The translations under genes and the position numbers were made by a program. From Bacteroidota bacterium (GTDB taxonomy: Bacteria; Bacteroidota; Bacteroidia; Bacteroidales; JAIFNC01): a stretch of 45,541 bases of DNA. Below, piece after piece: positions 45,129 through 45,541 of this stretch. The notes under the pieces were generated by a model that was given only the letters and a program-made list of their open reading frames with translations, had not been told where the DNA came from and ran no database searches. Position 1 is the stretch's first letter; each line of letters opens with the position of its first letter. The stretch is taken from positions 1 to 45,541 of the forward strand of contig JAIFNC010000168.1 in NCBI GenBank assembly GCA_020047935.1, in the 5' to 3' direction.

Positions 45129-45541
45129 GCTTTGAGAACTATAAACATTTTAGGTTTGCAGTAAATGGTGGTTATAGTTACTTAACAGCAAAAGTTGCCG
45201 AGAGCGTACCCGCGGATTTTAAAAATTATGTAAATGATTTGAAATCCGGATATAATTTTGGCAGCGATTTAACGTATTACTTTACTGAACCATTAGGAGT
45301 TGGAGTAAAGTATTATGTTTTGAAATCATCAAATAGTTTGGATGATATCTATCTTCAATATAATAATGGAAATGTAGCATATGGCAAAATGAGCGATGAT
45401 TTAACAATTTCGTTTATCGGACCAATGTTTTCAACAAGACTCTTAAATAAAAATAAAAGCAATGCTTTTATCATGAACTTGTCATTGGGATATATCGACT
45501 ATTCAAATAATAAAACGTTAATAGATAAGTATAAAATGTCA
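45095..45541 (+). CDS. Continuation of the same gene in frame 2, beta-barrel-like, 3' end outside the window
   Basis: Open for 149 codons to the window edge with no start codon. FRFAVNGGYSYLTAKV...GYNFGSDLTYYF...GVGVKYYVLKSS has an OMP-like alternating pattern. Confidence 0.5.

Noticed and set aside
1-45541. Search for tRNA, rRNA, CRISPR arrays, IS elements, a DGR template/variable repeat pair, or retron-like elements
   Set aside because: There are no T-loop/acceptor-like structures in the intergenic regions and no regularly spaced direct repeats. There is no transposase, integrase or reverse-transcriptase ORF. The only sizeable DNA repeat is the 92-bp promoter element, which lies outside coding sequence.

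Overview
This 45.5 kb window looks like Bacteroidota chromosome. The evidence is T9SS C-terminal sorting domains, TTTG-N19-TAnnTTTG promoters and frequent lipoprotein or signal-peptide starts. No rRNA, tRNA, CRISPR array, integrase or transposase was recognised.

Layout:
- (1) 126-3085, minus strand: an ECF sigma / anti-sigma operon with two secreted proteins.
- (2) 3086-3901: an 815-bp AT-rich region with no ORF.
- (3) 3902-33571: about 26 co-directional, tightly packed plus-strand genes, closed by a strong bidirectional terminator at 33587-33629. The core (8603-30407) is a complete phage-tail-like contractile injection system (eCIS / Afp-PVC / T6SS-iv-like). It encodes a DUF4255 cap, sheath, two tube paralogs, a DUF5908-like peptide, a LysM tube initiator, a gpD/VgrG spike, PAAR, gp25, a 1260-aa Baseplate-J protein, a 902-aa second wedge protein, a fibre-like protein, a tape-measure candidate, a DUF4157 HExxH protein and an AAA+ ATPase. 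No capsid, portal or terminase genes are present.
- An envelope module precedes the core: a lipoprotein, a GH18-like protein with degenerate catalytic motif, a PP2C-like pseudo-phosphatase, a TPR lipoprotein and a small 2-TM protein. A signal-peptide beta-barrel-like gene sits inside the core.
- The array ends with an unusual fusion of a membrane pyrophosphatase (16-TM H+/Na+-PPase homolog) to beta-sandwich domains and an OmpA-type peptidoglycan-binding domain.
- (4) Downstream: a convergent YbjN/T3SS-chaperone-like gene; a strongly AT-rich two-gene islet whose larger protein has an N-terminal PD-(D/E)xK nuclease motif; two tandem paralogous S1 lysyl-endopeptidase-like T9SS cargo genes, both disrupted; a PAS-PAS histidine kinase; a DUF2846-like lipoprotein; and a frame-broken beta-barrel gene running off the window.
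- A ~92-bp element carrying a canonical Bacteroidota promoter occurs twice (42152-42244 and 44073-44164).

At least six reading-frame breaks occur in four genes, so either local gene decay or assembly error must be considered. All product calls come from motif recognition by eye. No database search was run.
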